From NCBI RefSeq assembly GCF_000143415.4, contig NW_003314359.1, positions 281,477 to 345,476 of the forward strand: a stretch of DNA of 64,000 nucleotides. The letters are read 5' to 3'. Position numbers and translations under genes: made by a program. The notes beneath the pieces were generated by a model that was not told where the DNA came from, searched no databases, and worked only from the letters and a program-made list of their open reading frames with translations. The DNA is from Selaginella moellendorffii (lineage: Eukaryota > Plantae > Lycopodiophyta). Of the stretch, positions 39,111-51,409 are shown one piece after another; the stretch's first letter is position 1, and each line of letters starts with the position of its first letter.

Positions 39111-39470
39111 TCACTTGGTGGAAGGATTCTGGGTGCTAGCTTTGATGGTCGCAAGATCCTCTAAAGAAGAACAGAGAACTTTAAGTCAGCCAGAAGAAAG
39201 AACTCAAAGCTCGCCCACTTTTATGCGATTCCAGAGCAGCCTTGGTATCAGACGCGAAGAAAATGTTGCCTCGCTTCACGAAGACCGCCTGGAAAGGGGG
39301 AGAATAACAAGACGAGAATTCGCCGACTTAGCAGCGTACCCGTGAAGAAGGAAGGCTCGCAAGCTCGGCGCACGCAACCTCCAGCACCTGCGCCTACGCA
39401 AAGATTGCAGCGCCAACGATTTCGCAGAGGCCAGAAAACCACATACCTTGGACGCTTGCTCCTCCGCCAT
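39111..39470 (-). CDS. 65-aa ASDURF/beta-prefoldin-like microprotein (exons 39470-39447, 39393-39340, 39288-39219, 39160-39111)
   Basis: Manual splicing via three 51-58-nt GT-AG introns gives MAEEQASKAQVLEVACAELASLPSSRAVFVKRGNIFFASDTKAALESHKKDLATIKASTQNPSTK; EL..L...R.V....NIFF core resembles ASDURF and beta-prefoldin hairpins. Confidence 0.75.
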
Positions 39471-39539
39471 CGCTGGGCGGGATAAGGTTTAGGGTTTAGG
39501 CATCTTCAAGGCATATTCTCTAGGGCTTTTGGGCTTCCA
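39471..39539. promoter_or_regulatory. 69-bp bidirectional promoter/5' region with telo-box repeats
   Basis: Lies between divergent ATGs at 39470 (-) and 39540 (+); contains ggtttagggtttagg. Confidence 0.6.
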
Positions 39540-40452
39540 ATGAAGTTTCTTGCACAGAGCGTGCTCGTCGCCTATCCCGACGGGCTTGGCACTGGGCAAC
39601 GCATCGCCGGCGCGCTTGGATCCTCCTCGCTCGATCGCTCGTAAGCATTGCGCCTACGGCGCTTCTCTTTCTCACGCGCTCCAATTGATCGCGCAGTGTC
39701 TCGCACGCCACTCTGTCTCTCGATTCCTACGGCTTGCCCGATGGAAATGTGCTCCTAGAAGTCGTGAATTACAGCAAGGGGGACGTTCCAATGGTACGCT
39801 CTCACGCAAAAGTTTGTCGATCGATCCATTCTCGTTTTCGTTCCACTCTAGGTTTCCTTGATCATCCTCGCGCAAGAGCCGCCACCGCATCTCCATTCCT
39901 GCGTCGCCCACGAGCTCCTGCGCTACATTTTCCACAACGCTCCAGCCGACGAGCAGAGCTTCACCATCTTCGTCCCCAGCGCCGCGCCATTCCCGAGCGT
40001 GGATTCCCGCCACAACACCGCCGGTGCCCGGCTCGCGCACAAGCTCGTCATCAACGACGACCTCTCGGCTCGCAGCCAGATGTTCGCGGAGCTCATCGAC
40101 ACCCCGCAAGACCTCCAGCCCAAGGACGAGTTCCTGGCGTGTCTCGTCCATCTCATGCGCGTCATGGGAGCTCCCGGAGTGATCCTCCTCGTCCCAGTTC
40201 GTCGCGTGAGCCCCCAAGACAGAGCCCTCGTCTCGAGAGAGAAGGATTGCGCATTCCAGGTGAAGTTTTTACTTGATCATGCAAGGATCTAAACTCGTTC
40301 GATCAAGCCAGGCGATCGCGCACCTTGGAGGCCTCCTCGCGCAGTGGATGGCGCTGGAATTCTCCACCCAGATGATGGATCGAAGCCTCCCAGAGAGTTT
40401 CATCACCAGGGACGCGAGAAAACCCGGCGAATGGAGAGATCTCTATACTTGA
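39540..40452 (+). CDS. PBAC5: Proteasome biogenesis-associated chaperone PBAC5-like; 4 exons
   Basis: MKF.QSV, LSLDSYGL, VSLIIL...PP....C..HELL, DEFLACLVH; C-terminal WRDLYT* forms an HbYX motif. Confidence 0.75.
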
Positions 40453-40667
40453 GAGTGTTGACCTGGTCAACTATTCCGGAAATAGTCAACGTGTATGAAA
40501 GAGAATCGAACGCTCGTTGGTTTTATTTCTTTTGCTTGGTCGTCCTAATAGAAACGCGGCCGTGGTTTCGAAGGTGGATGGATCGCGGAATTCGGTCGGC
40601 GCCACGGATCGGGAGCGCGATCTGGAGCTGTGAGTGTTAGTAGGGCTTGGCGGTTGGATCGGGGAGC

Positions 40668-41927
40668 ATGGCCAAAGGCGACCGGATTCGAGGGCGCTGG
40701 AGCGGTAGCGCCAGCGGTAGGGCTTTGTGCACAGCAGTGCTGGCGACGCTGGCGCTCATGTCCGTGGCGCTCTTCCTCCTCGTGGGTGTGGGAATTGTGG
40801 GCGTTCCGGCGGGATTGAATCACTCAGACGCTTCCATCTCGCTGCGGCTACCCGATCGTTTACTGGAACAAATGTGGGTGTTTTTAGGCGAAATTTCTCG
40901 CTACCTAGTCCTTTGATTGGCTCGTTTTCTCGTGTTTTTTCAGAGAAGAGGTTGGCGAAGGGAAGCATGAGCCTTGGTCGGAGATTATCTCGTGGACGCC
41001 TCGAGCTTCCCTTGTTCACAACTTTCTAGTAAGTCGATCCGGAAAAGTGGTTTTTTGTGCTCGTTTCTTAGACGTGATCATACTTGACAGACCGACGATG
41101 AATGCGACCATCTGATCCGAGTCGCGATGCCCCTCATGCAAAAGTCCACTGTTGTGGATAGCCAAACCGGTGGAAGCCGCGATAGCAGGTTTTTTACTAC
41201 GCTTTCCACCTTAACGAGTGAAATAATCTGGATACCACAGGGTGCGGACGAGCTCGGGGATGTTCTTGAACCGAGGACAGGACAGAGTTATATCTGAGAT
41301 CGAGGACAAGATTGCAAAGCTAACTTTCATTCCAAAGGGTAAGCACACTTTTCCCGATCAGTTCTTTGGTTTGCTGACTGTTACACTTTGAAGATCATGG
41401 AGAGGGAATTCAGGTTCTTCACTACGAACCCGGCCAGAAGTACGACGCTCACCACGACTTCTTCTATGACACCGTCAACACCAGAAACGGTGGCCAGAGA
41501 ATAGCGACGCTCCTCATGTACTTGTAAGTGTGAGAAGATGGTTTCTGATTCATCAAAGTGATGCTTATTGGGAAAGAACAGGACGGATGTGGAGGAAGGT
41601 GGCGAGACTGTGTTCCCCAAATCGGCCAAGAACTCGAGCTCGCTTCCATGGCATAATCAGCTCTCGGAGTGTGGGAGGCGTGGGGTTTCAGTGCGGCCAA
41701 AGAGAGGAGACGCGCTGCTGTTTTGGAGCATGTCACCCGACGCGCAGCTCGATCACTCGAGCTTACACGGTGAGCTTTCTTTCCTTCAAGTTAATCGCAG
41801 TATTGAAGAGCTTCGTCCATTTTTATTTTATTTTTAATTTTTGCTTCATCCAGGAGGGTGTCCGGTGATCAAAGGTGACAAGTGGTCCGCCACCAAGTGG
41901 ATGCGAGTCTCGGAATACAAGCTTTGA
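40668..41927 (+). CDS. Prolyl 4-hydroxylase, type II membrane anchor, multi-exon
   Basis: SWTPRA, ECDHLI, VRTSSGMFL, YDAHHD, DVEEGGETVFP, HGGCPVIKGDKWSATKW. Confidence 0.94.
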
Positions 41928-42049
41928 TAGATCGGGTTTTCGAATCACACATTTAACGCTTGTTTGCGTTGTTTTGTAAGTCTAGAATCTATGCAATCCA
42001 ACAGACATTTCAATATTGCTGAGTAGAGCAAGTCCTTTACAAAGAAGAT

Positions 42050-42121
42050 GGTCCTATGGTCTAGTGGTAAGGACACTGGACTCTGAATCCAGTAGCCCGA
42101 GTTCAAATCTCGGTAGGACCT
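42050..42121 (+). tRNA. tRNA-Gln, anticodon CUG
   Basis: GGTCCTA/TAGGACC acceptor stem, ctgga-CTCTGAA-tccag anticodon arm, GTTCAAATC T-loop, T6 Pol III terminator at ~42141. Confidence 0.96.
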
Positions 42122-42943
42122 GTTGTCAAGCAGCATTCGCTTTTTTAGCCATGGTTTCATTTCATGGGAAACTATAAATGCACGTCTTAGGGCTCTAGAA
42201 AGCAGGTAAAGCTTTTTGGTCGTCGCAGTAGATGGCACGTATGCACCACCTTGTTAATCTTCCTTTTGACCTTGTCTTGTGGTAGAAGGATAAGACGAAG
42301 CCTAGATCACAAAGCACAGATTACAGCGACGCTTTGTGGTCGAGGAGGTAAAGAGACATGCGCCAGCTACTTAAACGACTCTTGCCCGCTCGAGGATACA
42401 TACTTGAAAGCACATTGGCGCAACCATTACTTCCCCCTACACCCAAGCACCAGCCACCGCAGCTCTTGCTGCTCGAGCAGCAGCCAACTTCTGTGCAAGG
42501 GCCGACTCTTGAGCAGCAACTCAACAAACTCGTGTTTGTGCCACGAGCTCCCATAAAGACTAGCGGAGAATCCAAAAATAATTCAGTGAGTACATGAATT
42601 GGTTGAATTAGCTGAACAAGTTGCCGCATCTTGCCACAACTTTCAATGAACAAGTTGAGCTTGCGACACTTGATTTCTTCAATAGGAAGTCATGCGAATG
42701 TGCTGGTGGCCAACTCTACTATTCTCATTGTTCATGAATAAAATGAAGCTGGATTCTCTTGGACAACCCTTTGAGCAACGTCTTGAGCTTTGAGCCAGAT
42801 AGCTTCTTTGAGTGCTATTGTGGCAACAGTAATTGAAGAGGTGATTCAAGGTAACCTCAAGGTAACTTCCTCTCAACGTTATCAAATCATACACATTCAG
42901 ATGAAATCTCCTTGGATTGAATGCTTGATGATGTAAGATTGTA

Positions 42944-43107
42944 ATCGAAGTAGCTTAGCTCAAAGCATTGAGGCCTGACAAGAACAGAAGTAAATTCTTT
43001 TATTCTCAACAGGAAATATTCCTACCTGTAGTTGTTCGCAATGTCCAAATTCCAAAACTAGCCTGTAAAACAAAATGAATGAAGGTTAGAAGATCCAAGA
43101 AAATCTC
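42944..43107 (-). pseudogene. Rearranged partial duplicate of exon and intron pieces of the adjacent WW-domain gene
   Basis: Matches ~43336-43445 and ~43213-43270, in swapped order. Confidence 0.75.
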
Positions 43108-43155
43108 ATTGAATTATTCTGGTGAGACCAAAACTCACCAGCTTTGGCCAGCTTA

Positions 43156-43778
43156 TTAAGCCCATGGCGGAGGATTCTTCAGCAAAGGATTGGACAGCCT
43201 TGCACGCAATCGTTCCAAAGCTAGCCTGTAAAACAAAATGAATGAAGGTTAGGAGATCCAAGAAAATCTTTTAAACGAGAATTCGCAGACTTGGATTCAC
43301 TGTCTTTGCTGGCTTCGATTCTGGCAGTCAGATAATCGAAGTAGCTTAGCTCAAAGCATTGAGGCCTGACAAGAACAGAATTAAAATCTTTTATTCTACT
43401 TTTCAACAGGAAAGCTTCCTACCTGTAGTTGTTCGCAATGTCCCCAAATTTATCGGTGTCGGCCGCGAGCAAAATCGCCGTGAGCTCCTCTTCCGCAAGA
43501 ACAGGAGTAAGAGGCTCCTCAGGAAAACTTGGCAAATTCCATCTCGTCTCATTCGTTTTGATGTTCCAGTAGTAAGGCTGCATGCACGAAAAGCTCAGAG
43601 ACTAAGAACATAGACTTAGAACACGATACAATACCTTTCCAGACGAAGAATCCACGACTTCCTTCCAGCAGCATCTCACGAACGCAGAGATCCTCCTGCG
43701 CCTCTGGCCGGAGCAATCCAATAGCGGCGAGACGCCGCATTGGAGAGGCGCGGCAATCACGAAGCTCGCGCTCGCCAT
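43156..43778 (-). CDS. Small WW-domain protein with a putative plastid transit peptide; 4 exons
   Basis: Spliced WKEVVDSSSGK|PYYWNIKTNETRWNLP forms a WW domain; ends LRARLSNPLLKNPPPWA*. Confidence 0.75.
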
Positions 43779-44017
43779 CAAGAACCCTAAAAATCCGCAT
43801 AGAAGAATGCTCCTCACCCTTTATACCTGGAAGGAAAAAAGCTTACATTGCATGTAAGAAATCTTCAAGTTATTCAATGTTTTAGAACAAAAAACGACTT
43901 ACACGAGAACGTAAGCCTGGCTTCTTCGTGTTTCCAGCTCGCTCTTTTGTTTCACCCTCTCGATCGATCAAAGCTCTACTTCTCTGAGTTCTTTCTCTTG
44001 GACTCCTCCAGATCATA

Positions 44018-45321
44018 TCAGATCACTCCATTCGACGTCGACGATGGCGACGGCAGGACGAACTTTCGCTCGTAGAAACCGGTGATCTGGTCCGCGACTG
44101 CCCACATAATCGCTTGCCCGGGAGGAATTCTCATCAGCCTGGGCAGCAGGCCCTTCCACAGCGCGAGCACGCCTTCCTCGGCTCGAATGGTGGCGATCGC
44201 GTGAAACATCCCAGAGTACTTTGGATTCTTCTTGCTCTGCGCCATGAGCCGCGTCTTGACAACGTCGAAAGGCCCCGTGCAAACGGGGCCGACGCACCCG
44301 GCCAGGAATCCCGACGCCATGGACTGCCAAGGTTGTAGAGTTCGTCCGTCGCCTTCGTGCTTCTTCCACAGCATGGAGTCGAAGGTGTTCTTGGCGGTGA
44401 ACATGGCGGCCTGGTTGATCCCGTTGCGCATCACGGTGGGGAGAGCCCCCGACCAGAGGCCCAGGATCCCCTCTTGCTGGATGATCGTTCAGAGGCCCAG
44501 GATCCCCTCTTGCTGGATGATCGTTCCAGCGCAGTGGATCGGGCCCTTGTACAGGAGCTTGTCACGGCTGAGGCCCCGCTGCTGCTGGAGCCTGATCTTC
44601 ACCACCTGTAGATCACGCATGGAAGTCAAAAGAAACGATGAGATCACTAGGAACTCACGTATTTTCGACACCAAGTATCACGAAGCTCTCCAAGAATTGC
44701 GAGGATAACAGAAGAGCTCACGCAATGATCGTTCGTCGAAGGGACTTCTACCGGGAACACCAAAAGTTACTGACCAGCCAAGAACAAAAAGAATCGAGGA
44801 CGAATCAAGCACAATCTACACACAAACTCTAGCAGTGAGGAAAACGCAAGGAACTCACGCTCTTTCACGACAGGCGAAAAAACAAAGCAAGAAGAAAACA
44901 AGAGAGAGCGACTAACCTCGAATGGTGTGACGATAACGAGCGCTTCCAGCACTCCAGCTCCAAATCCCGAGGCCAGCCTCGCCGCGGAGCTGAGCTTGCC
45001 CGTGTCGGAATCGGCCAGAAACGTCTGGAGCAGCGCGTTGGTCCCCATTCGCAGCGTGTACTTGAGCGTCAGATGCGTGGCGAAGGGCGTCAATCCCTTC
45101 CACAGCGCCCGCACGCCCTCGCTCTTGACGATCGTGACGCCGCAGTTGGCGATCCCCCTGTACTGCCTCGCGGTGTCCAGCTGCAGCCTCGTCTTGATCA
45201 CATCGATCGGCTGGAGGCAGCTCGCCTCCACAATGCCGCCCAGCGATCCCGACAGCGCCTTCACATAGGGCGGCACCACCGTGTCCTGCTGCTGCTGCTG
45301 CCGCGATGATCCAGCGGCCAT
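44018..45321 (-). CDS. SFC1: Mitochondrial succinate-fumarate carrier, interrupted by a 36-bp duplication that introduces a stop
   Basis: PIDVIKTRLQ, PFEVVKIRLQ and PFDVVKTRLM carrier signatures; in-frame TGA at ~44489-44491. Confidence 0.9.
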
Positions 45322-45760
45322 GGCCGCGATCCAATGCCAAGAACCCTAAATAAAACAGGAAAAGCGAATAACACGTGGCGGACAACCAACACACTCGAAA
45401 GAACCCTAAAAACAGAGTGCCAGTCACATCAATCTCGACATTCCTGACAGAATTGGCTACTCCCACTTGAATTACAGTACATGGGGTGATCTGTATCATT
45501 CCAGTACAGCAAACCTCTCGATTGATTGCATGAATTCAAACTTTTTCCAGTCTCCTCACTGCACCAGGGAGAAATCAATTCCTCCCCAAGAGCGCACTCA
45601 AGCGCGAAGGACAAAGAGAGCCGAGACTAATTCTTTCCATTCGAATGGGCACAAATCAACCATAAGCTGCTCAAACACCCAGCAAGTATACAGAGCGAGC
45701 TACACGGACGGACGAATTGCAAGATCCTTCGCTCTCTCACGTCTCACCCAGCTCGCCAAT

Positions 45761-47871
45761 TCAGTGTTCTCTCCCGGCCGCTTCCAGCTCCTCCTGCTTG
45801 CGCTGTTGCATCATCCGCAGCCCCATGTACCTGAGAGAGAGAGAGAAGCACACAACCGGATCAGCCAAGAACACCATCGCCAAAACTTCTAGCTCTCACC
45901 TCCCAAGCATCATCACCGTGGCCTGAGGATTGGCCCCCGGCGTCGAGTTGAACGTAGAGATGTCGATCACCCGCAGCGCCTCGGTGCCGATCACCCGGTG
46001 CTCCTTGTCCACCACGCCCCCAACCAGGCACCCACCATGCGCGTGCCAGATGGTAACCACGCTATCCACACAGTACTGCGCCAGCGCGGTGTCGTTGGAC
46101 GTGTCCGCCGGCGGTATGAATCCGCTGGCCGCCTGGAGCACGAACGCCAGGTTCTGCGGCACCTGGCTCGCCTTCTGGTAGCTAAACTTGTGGAATGCCG
46201 GCGCGCGCACCGTCTTGCTGATCACCTTCACCGCCTGGACGCACACCGCCAGATCCCGCGGGTGCTGGTAGTAATTGTAGCGAACGATCGGGTTGTCCCT
46301 CACGTCCGTGGTCTTCAGCCGCAAGAACCCCTTGGAGAAGGGCCCCGAGACCTTCTGGACCACGTACGTGAGCTGTGGGAGATATGGGAGCACGAAGTCC
46401 GGGGGGCTGCGGACGAGCTCCAGGTACGCCGGGTTGACGAGCTTGGCCGGGTCCTTGAGCATCTGCACGAAGCACTGGATCAAGCCCGTGGTGTTTTGCC
46501 CCGCGCTGAGCTCCTCGATGTAGCTGCCGAACTCGGTGATGCCAGCGACGTTGACGAGCGAGTATGGCTGCTCCGTGGAGCCGGCGCTGAAGAAGACGTT
46601 GTTCGGGTTGTCCGCCATCGCTTGCCCAACCTGGGGGTGGTCCAGAACGAGCGGGATGCCCAGCGCCGAGAGCTCCGACTTTGGGCCGATGCCGCTCAGC
46701 TGGAGGAGCTGCGGGCTGCCCACGGCGCCCGAGGAGACGATCACCTCGCCGCGCGGTGCCAGCGTCGCGGTGTGGGAGCCGCCCAGCTTGTCCGTGTACG
46801 ATACGCCGACGGCGCGCGGTTTGCCGGACTTGACTGCGGACGGAGGACAAAAAGGTGGCGGTAAGCTACGTTATGGGGACATTAAAGGCGAACATCATTA
46901 CACACACAAGAACAAAGAACACGTCTCTCGTGAAAAGTTAATGTTAGTACTTCCTGCAAACATTCAAAACCGTCGAGCAAGCATTCGAGATCGACGCAGA
47001 CATGAGACCAGGAAAGACAGTCCGAGACTTACCCGAGGCTGGATCAAAGAGGACCTTGTGCACCGTGGCGTGGATGAGGACGCGAGTGTTGGCCGGGGTG
47101 GCGTACTCCAGGAGGTCCGCAGCGGTGTGCCGCTTGCCCTGGGGATCGAAGATGGTGCCGCCCACCTTGGAGCCGACGAGGTGCTCGTACGTGAACCCAT
47201 TGTCAGGCACCACCCCGGACTGGATCATGGCTGCCTTGAGCGCCGCCTGCCACTCGGGCACCACGGGCTTGAACGCCACCTTCGCCTCCACCCAGCGGTA
47301 GCCCTGCTCGACCAGCTCGGGCTCCCAGCCAAACATGGCCACCTCTGCCCGGCTAGCGCGCGTGTAGAAGCCGGCATTGAGCGCCGTGCCGCCGCCCAGG
47401 ACGCGGCCGCGGTGGCTCAGCACGCCGTCCTCGGACCGGTAGCCCTGCGCCACGGACGTGTAGTTGTCGTAGTCGAGGAGATTGACGTGGAAGCCGTCGA
47501 CGCGCTCGATGGTGGAGACGCCGTAAGGCACGCCGCCGCGCTCCAGGAGGAGGACCGAATGCTTGGCGGAGAGGGTGGCGGCCATGGCGCAGCCAGCGGC
47601 GCCGCCGCCCACGATAATGTAGTCGTATTGCTTGGCGGGTGGCGATCGGGATGCATCCTTGAGGAACGAGTACTTGTGGTCTGTAAGAAACCACTTGTTA
47701 GAAATGCTGCAAGAGAGCGCGTTGCTTCAAAAGAGAGAGCTCCAACTCACTTGTACCACTGGGATGGGCTCCATTACGTGGGCGAGTTGGGGAGGTCGAC
47801 TCTGCGAGAGTGGCGGAGAGGAGGAGGAGGTAGAAGGAAAGCGCGAGAGAGATCGCCGCCGCTGACTCCAT
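45761..47871 (-). CDS. GMC oxidoreductase (HOTHEAD / mandelonitrile lyase-like), secreted
   Basis: Signal peptide, YDYIIVGGGAAGC, RGRVLGGGTALNAGFY, TIWHAHGGC, PGANPQATVMMLGRY. Confidence 0.94.
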
Positions 47872-48699
47872 AGCTCGAGCTGATGGGTGGATTGTTCTCG
47901 CCACTTCGGAGGGAGAGAGACCACTCACTGGGAGGCACGGTGGGATGTCTCGAGAAATATAGGCGGGGAATGAATGAAGGAGGTAGCGTTGGGAATTGAA
48001 GAACAGGCAGAGAAGGGTACAGCCTCGCTCCGCCTGGCCAGCAGCGTCTTTAATGCGGCCGAGCTGGCCAGCAAACCCGGGCGTCGCGAGTTTTTAGCGC
48101 GCCAACAAAATGAGCTTTTGGCCTAAGCGGAGGTGGTGTGTATAAATCCAAGCCGCAGTAACAGAGAGAGATTCTATCGATGGTGACACGGAAGCAAAGA
48201 TTAGAGAGGTCGGAGAGAATCACCAACCGGACAAAAGTATCGTGAAAAGATTGAAAGAAAGGGTCAATGCCCTTTGAATGGCGTCCACCCAAACAATTCG
48301 GTGTTTGATTGTTCTTGTGTAACAAAAAACTGCATGGTCCCTTTCGGTAGCAATCATAAATTCCAACCCGCCAACCGACAGACAGAAAAGAAGGAAAGAG
48401 AAATATGCTTTTACCGTCGTTCAAAGTTTAAGCTTACTGTTTTCAGAATTCTAAGAAGAAATCTCAATACAAAGTGTTACTGGTTGATGTAAAGACCACG
48501 AGCCCATGCACCACTGAGTTCCACCTCCAGCAAGAATTCAGGCAGTTGGATCATCCATCTTGTACCACCAAGGATGGGATTGGTGGCCTTTGGAGGTGTT
48601 TATATGTCAGACAGTCATTCACGACGTGGTTCATGTCCTCCACTTTCTCTCAGCTCTCTTTAACTCTTAGGCTTAGTGTGGCATCCTAGTTCCTCCACG

Positions 48700-49270
48700 A
48701 GTTGATGCCATCGCATTTGGTAACTCGGAAGAATCCTTGGAAGGGGGTGAGGTTGTTATATCCCGAATGCACATCGAACCTTTGTCATAGGAATATTGTC
48801 CATGTGGCCCCATTCCTGAAGAGGTTGTCACGTCCAATATGTGAGGTCCTCGACGGGCTCTGTGCACAAGGAGTTTAAGTCTAGCCCCAAGGAGGAAGTC
48901 CAACATCAAAGTTGTTCAGAGTCTGCCATCTCCTATAATTCTTGTATGGCGGCATCTGCCAGCTTTTGTTGGTGTATAAAGTACCTGCTATAGATGTATG
49001 TGAGTCTCCATACTAGGAATTCCAGTGCTGTGTAGAGAACAAGGATTGGACATGGGGCTTTGTAAAATGAAGTGTTTGTTGAGGCCTCCAGTTTGTTCCA
49101 CAAGTTCAGACTAAGTTGGGGGCTAGCACTCTGCTCCGTAAAGCGCCATGCATTAATAAGTGTGCTTGATACCACACTGGTGGATGTTCATTTCCGGCAG
49201 TCAGATTGTAGTGTGCATGCTCAAATGATGTGCTCTTTGACCCCTAGTTGATTGTCAGGGATCATGGCTC
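48700..49270 (-). mobile_element. Degenerate non-LTR retrotransposon (RT C-terminal region) remnant
   Basis: Broken reading ALYGAEC*...LWNKLE resembles the post-RT LYG.E.W region of LINEs; many stops. Confidence 0.4.
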
Positions 49271-49863
49271 AGTAGGATCGTGAAATCTTTGCAAAGCTAG
49301 AAACTCACGTACGATGGACGGGAAGTGCTCACAGAACTCCTGCACTAAGTAGTGGCTCAAGCTCAAGTACTAGCAACAGATCAAGAACAAGCCAGGCTTA
49401 GGCCACATATCTGTCCACAAAATAGACTTAGTCATCCATGGGAAAGTTAGCATGATTAGTTTAAATTTGTACAAACCTTTAAATGGGCTGAATTCTTCTA
49501 ATTTTTTCTTAGCACTTTTAATCTAGTCCACCATCCTAGTTTGTATTCTTGGCCTTGTACTTAGTGCTCACTACTGGCTAGGATTCTTGTGCAATGTGGT
49601 AATGTGGCTCTATAAAAATAAAAGATATACTTATGGATGTTTGATATGTATAATTAAGGAGGTACTAATTACGGGGCAGATTTAAGTAAAGAGCTTTTAA
49701 TAGTTATATTATATCCCCCAAAGTTCCAAAAATAAATCTCATCTTGATCTCATGATCATATGTGTTACAAAAGATCAATGCTCTAAAAACCAAGTCTTCA
49801 AAAGTATGAAACTTCATTGCTTTATCACTAAAAGCAAGTCCACCTAGTGCAAAGCATACATTA

Positions 49864-49938
49864 TGATGAGGGAGTAATATACTTGGATTAAAGGATCTTG
49901 ATGAGGGAGTAATATACTCGGATTAAAGGATCTTGATG
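49864..49938. repeat. 35-bp tandem duplication
   Basis: tgatgagggagtaatatact(t/c)ggattaaaggatct occurs twice. Confidence 0.9.
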
Positions 49939-50368
49939 TTGAGCATCTAGAGGATCCACTTTGTCTGATCAATATGGAACTTTGGCAAGATTATGACATT
50001 GTAATATAAATTGATTGCCATAGCAATTTAGAGTGCCATTTACTCCACTTGCTCTAAACTTAAGTCCACAAAAACCATGTGTTTTAAAATTGAATCATCA
50101 AGTTGCAAGCTGATCAACAAGGTTTTTTATGTGATTGATCTGAACCACATTCCTAGACCATGCTTTAGTGCCTTGACTCGTTGGGAAAAATGATGTTTTT
50201 AGGTTGTGTCAGGTGCAGTTTATATGTCATTAAATCCTGATTATAGATATGGTTTTCTTATACTAAACTTTGATATTAATGTCTTAGAATATACTCAAAT
50301 ATTCTAAGAAAAAAGGCAAATAGAGAACGAGAGTTCGAATCACTTTTTTTTTGGTTTGAGTTGAGAGG

Positions 50369-51380
50369 ATGGACAGGGAGACAGCGAAATCCGAGGTAAG
50401 CGAGGGTTTTCGCTGGTGACTGATTCGAGCAAGCACGTCGCAATGTCTTCCAGGAATCGAGGGATTCGGTGCCGGCTTTTCGGGAGAGATTTTGGGATCA
50501 GCTCAAACTGTGGAGAAGCAACCCATCCTGGGTCGATGAGCCGCCGATCACTGCAGTACGAGCGTTGCGTAGGATCGACTGGATTGGTTTTGACTGGCTG
50601 TTGCTACTTTCCCAGGTTACTGTTCCCAAAGGAACTCTGTGCCACTTGAAATCCACATTTAAAGTTGGCCTCCCACCGGAAGCTGTGTTTGGGATCATCA
50701 CTGATCCAGGAAACAAGCGCGTCTTCAAGAACATCAAGGTAAGTTTTGTCGTGTTTTTTGTGTTCCTGCTTTAGCTCGAATCTCTAGGAGGTAAAATACC
50801 GCAAGGTGATTAAAGCCGAGAACAACAGGCAGCTTGTAGAGGTCGAGCAAGCTGCCATTTGGAAGTTCCTGTGGTTCTCAGGGACTATAGACGTGCGTGT
50901 GCTTGTCGACGAGGATCAAAGCTCACACACGGTGAGGAGATTTTAATGTAGCACAAACTTACTGACCATTCTTTTCCTTCCCAGGTTAGCTACAAGCTAG
51001 CCAAGGAAGGATTTATGAAGAGATTTGAAGGAACCTGGGAGATAAAGCCGTTTTACGTGGATGGTGAGCCGGGTGAAGCAGGCAGAGTAGCGTCACTTGT
51101 GAATCTCCATCAGGAAGTTCAGCCAGTTCTGATTCCACCGCCGCCAGTCTCATGGTATGTTCGAGGAATAACCACGAAGACGACGGAGATGATGATCGGG
51201 GATCTCCAAGCGGAGGGGAAAAGGATTAGAGAAGGGAATGAAGACGACGACGAGGCAAACTTGCAAGTGAAGAATGAGGATGAGGGGGGAGCATCTAAGA
51301 AGGAATGGAAGGCGAAAATGAAGAGCTCGGAAAAATGGAAAACTTCGGGAGAGAATAGCCGGTGGCGTATCCCAAAGTAG
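50369..51380 (+). CDS. DUF220 / SRPBCC (polyketide cyclase-like) protein, multi-exon
   Basis: [62 protein letters not shown]. Confidence 0.88.
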
Positions 51381-51409
51381 CCATTTGCATTGCAACGAGG
51401 TTTCGAGTT

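Noticed and set aside
49864-49938. 35-bp repeats of CRISPR-like length
   Set aside because: Two directly adjacent copies, no spacers, no cas genes, eukaryotic context.
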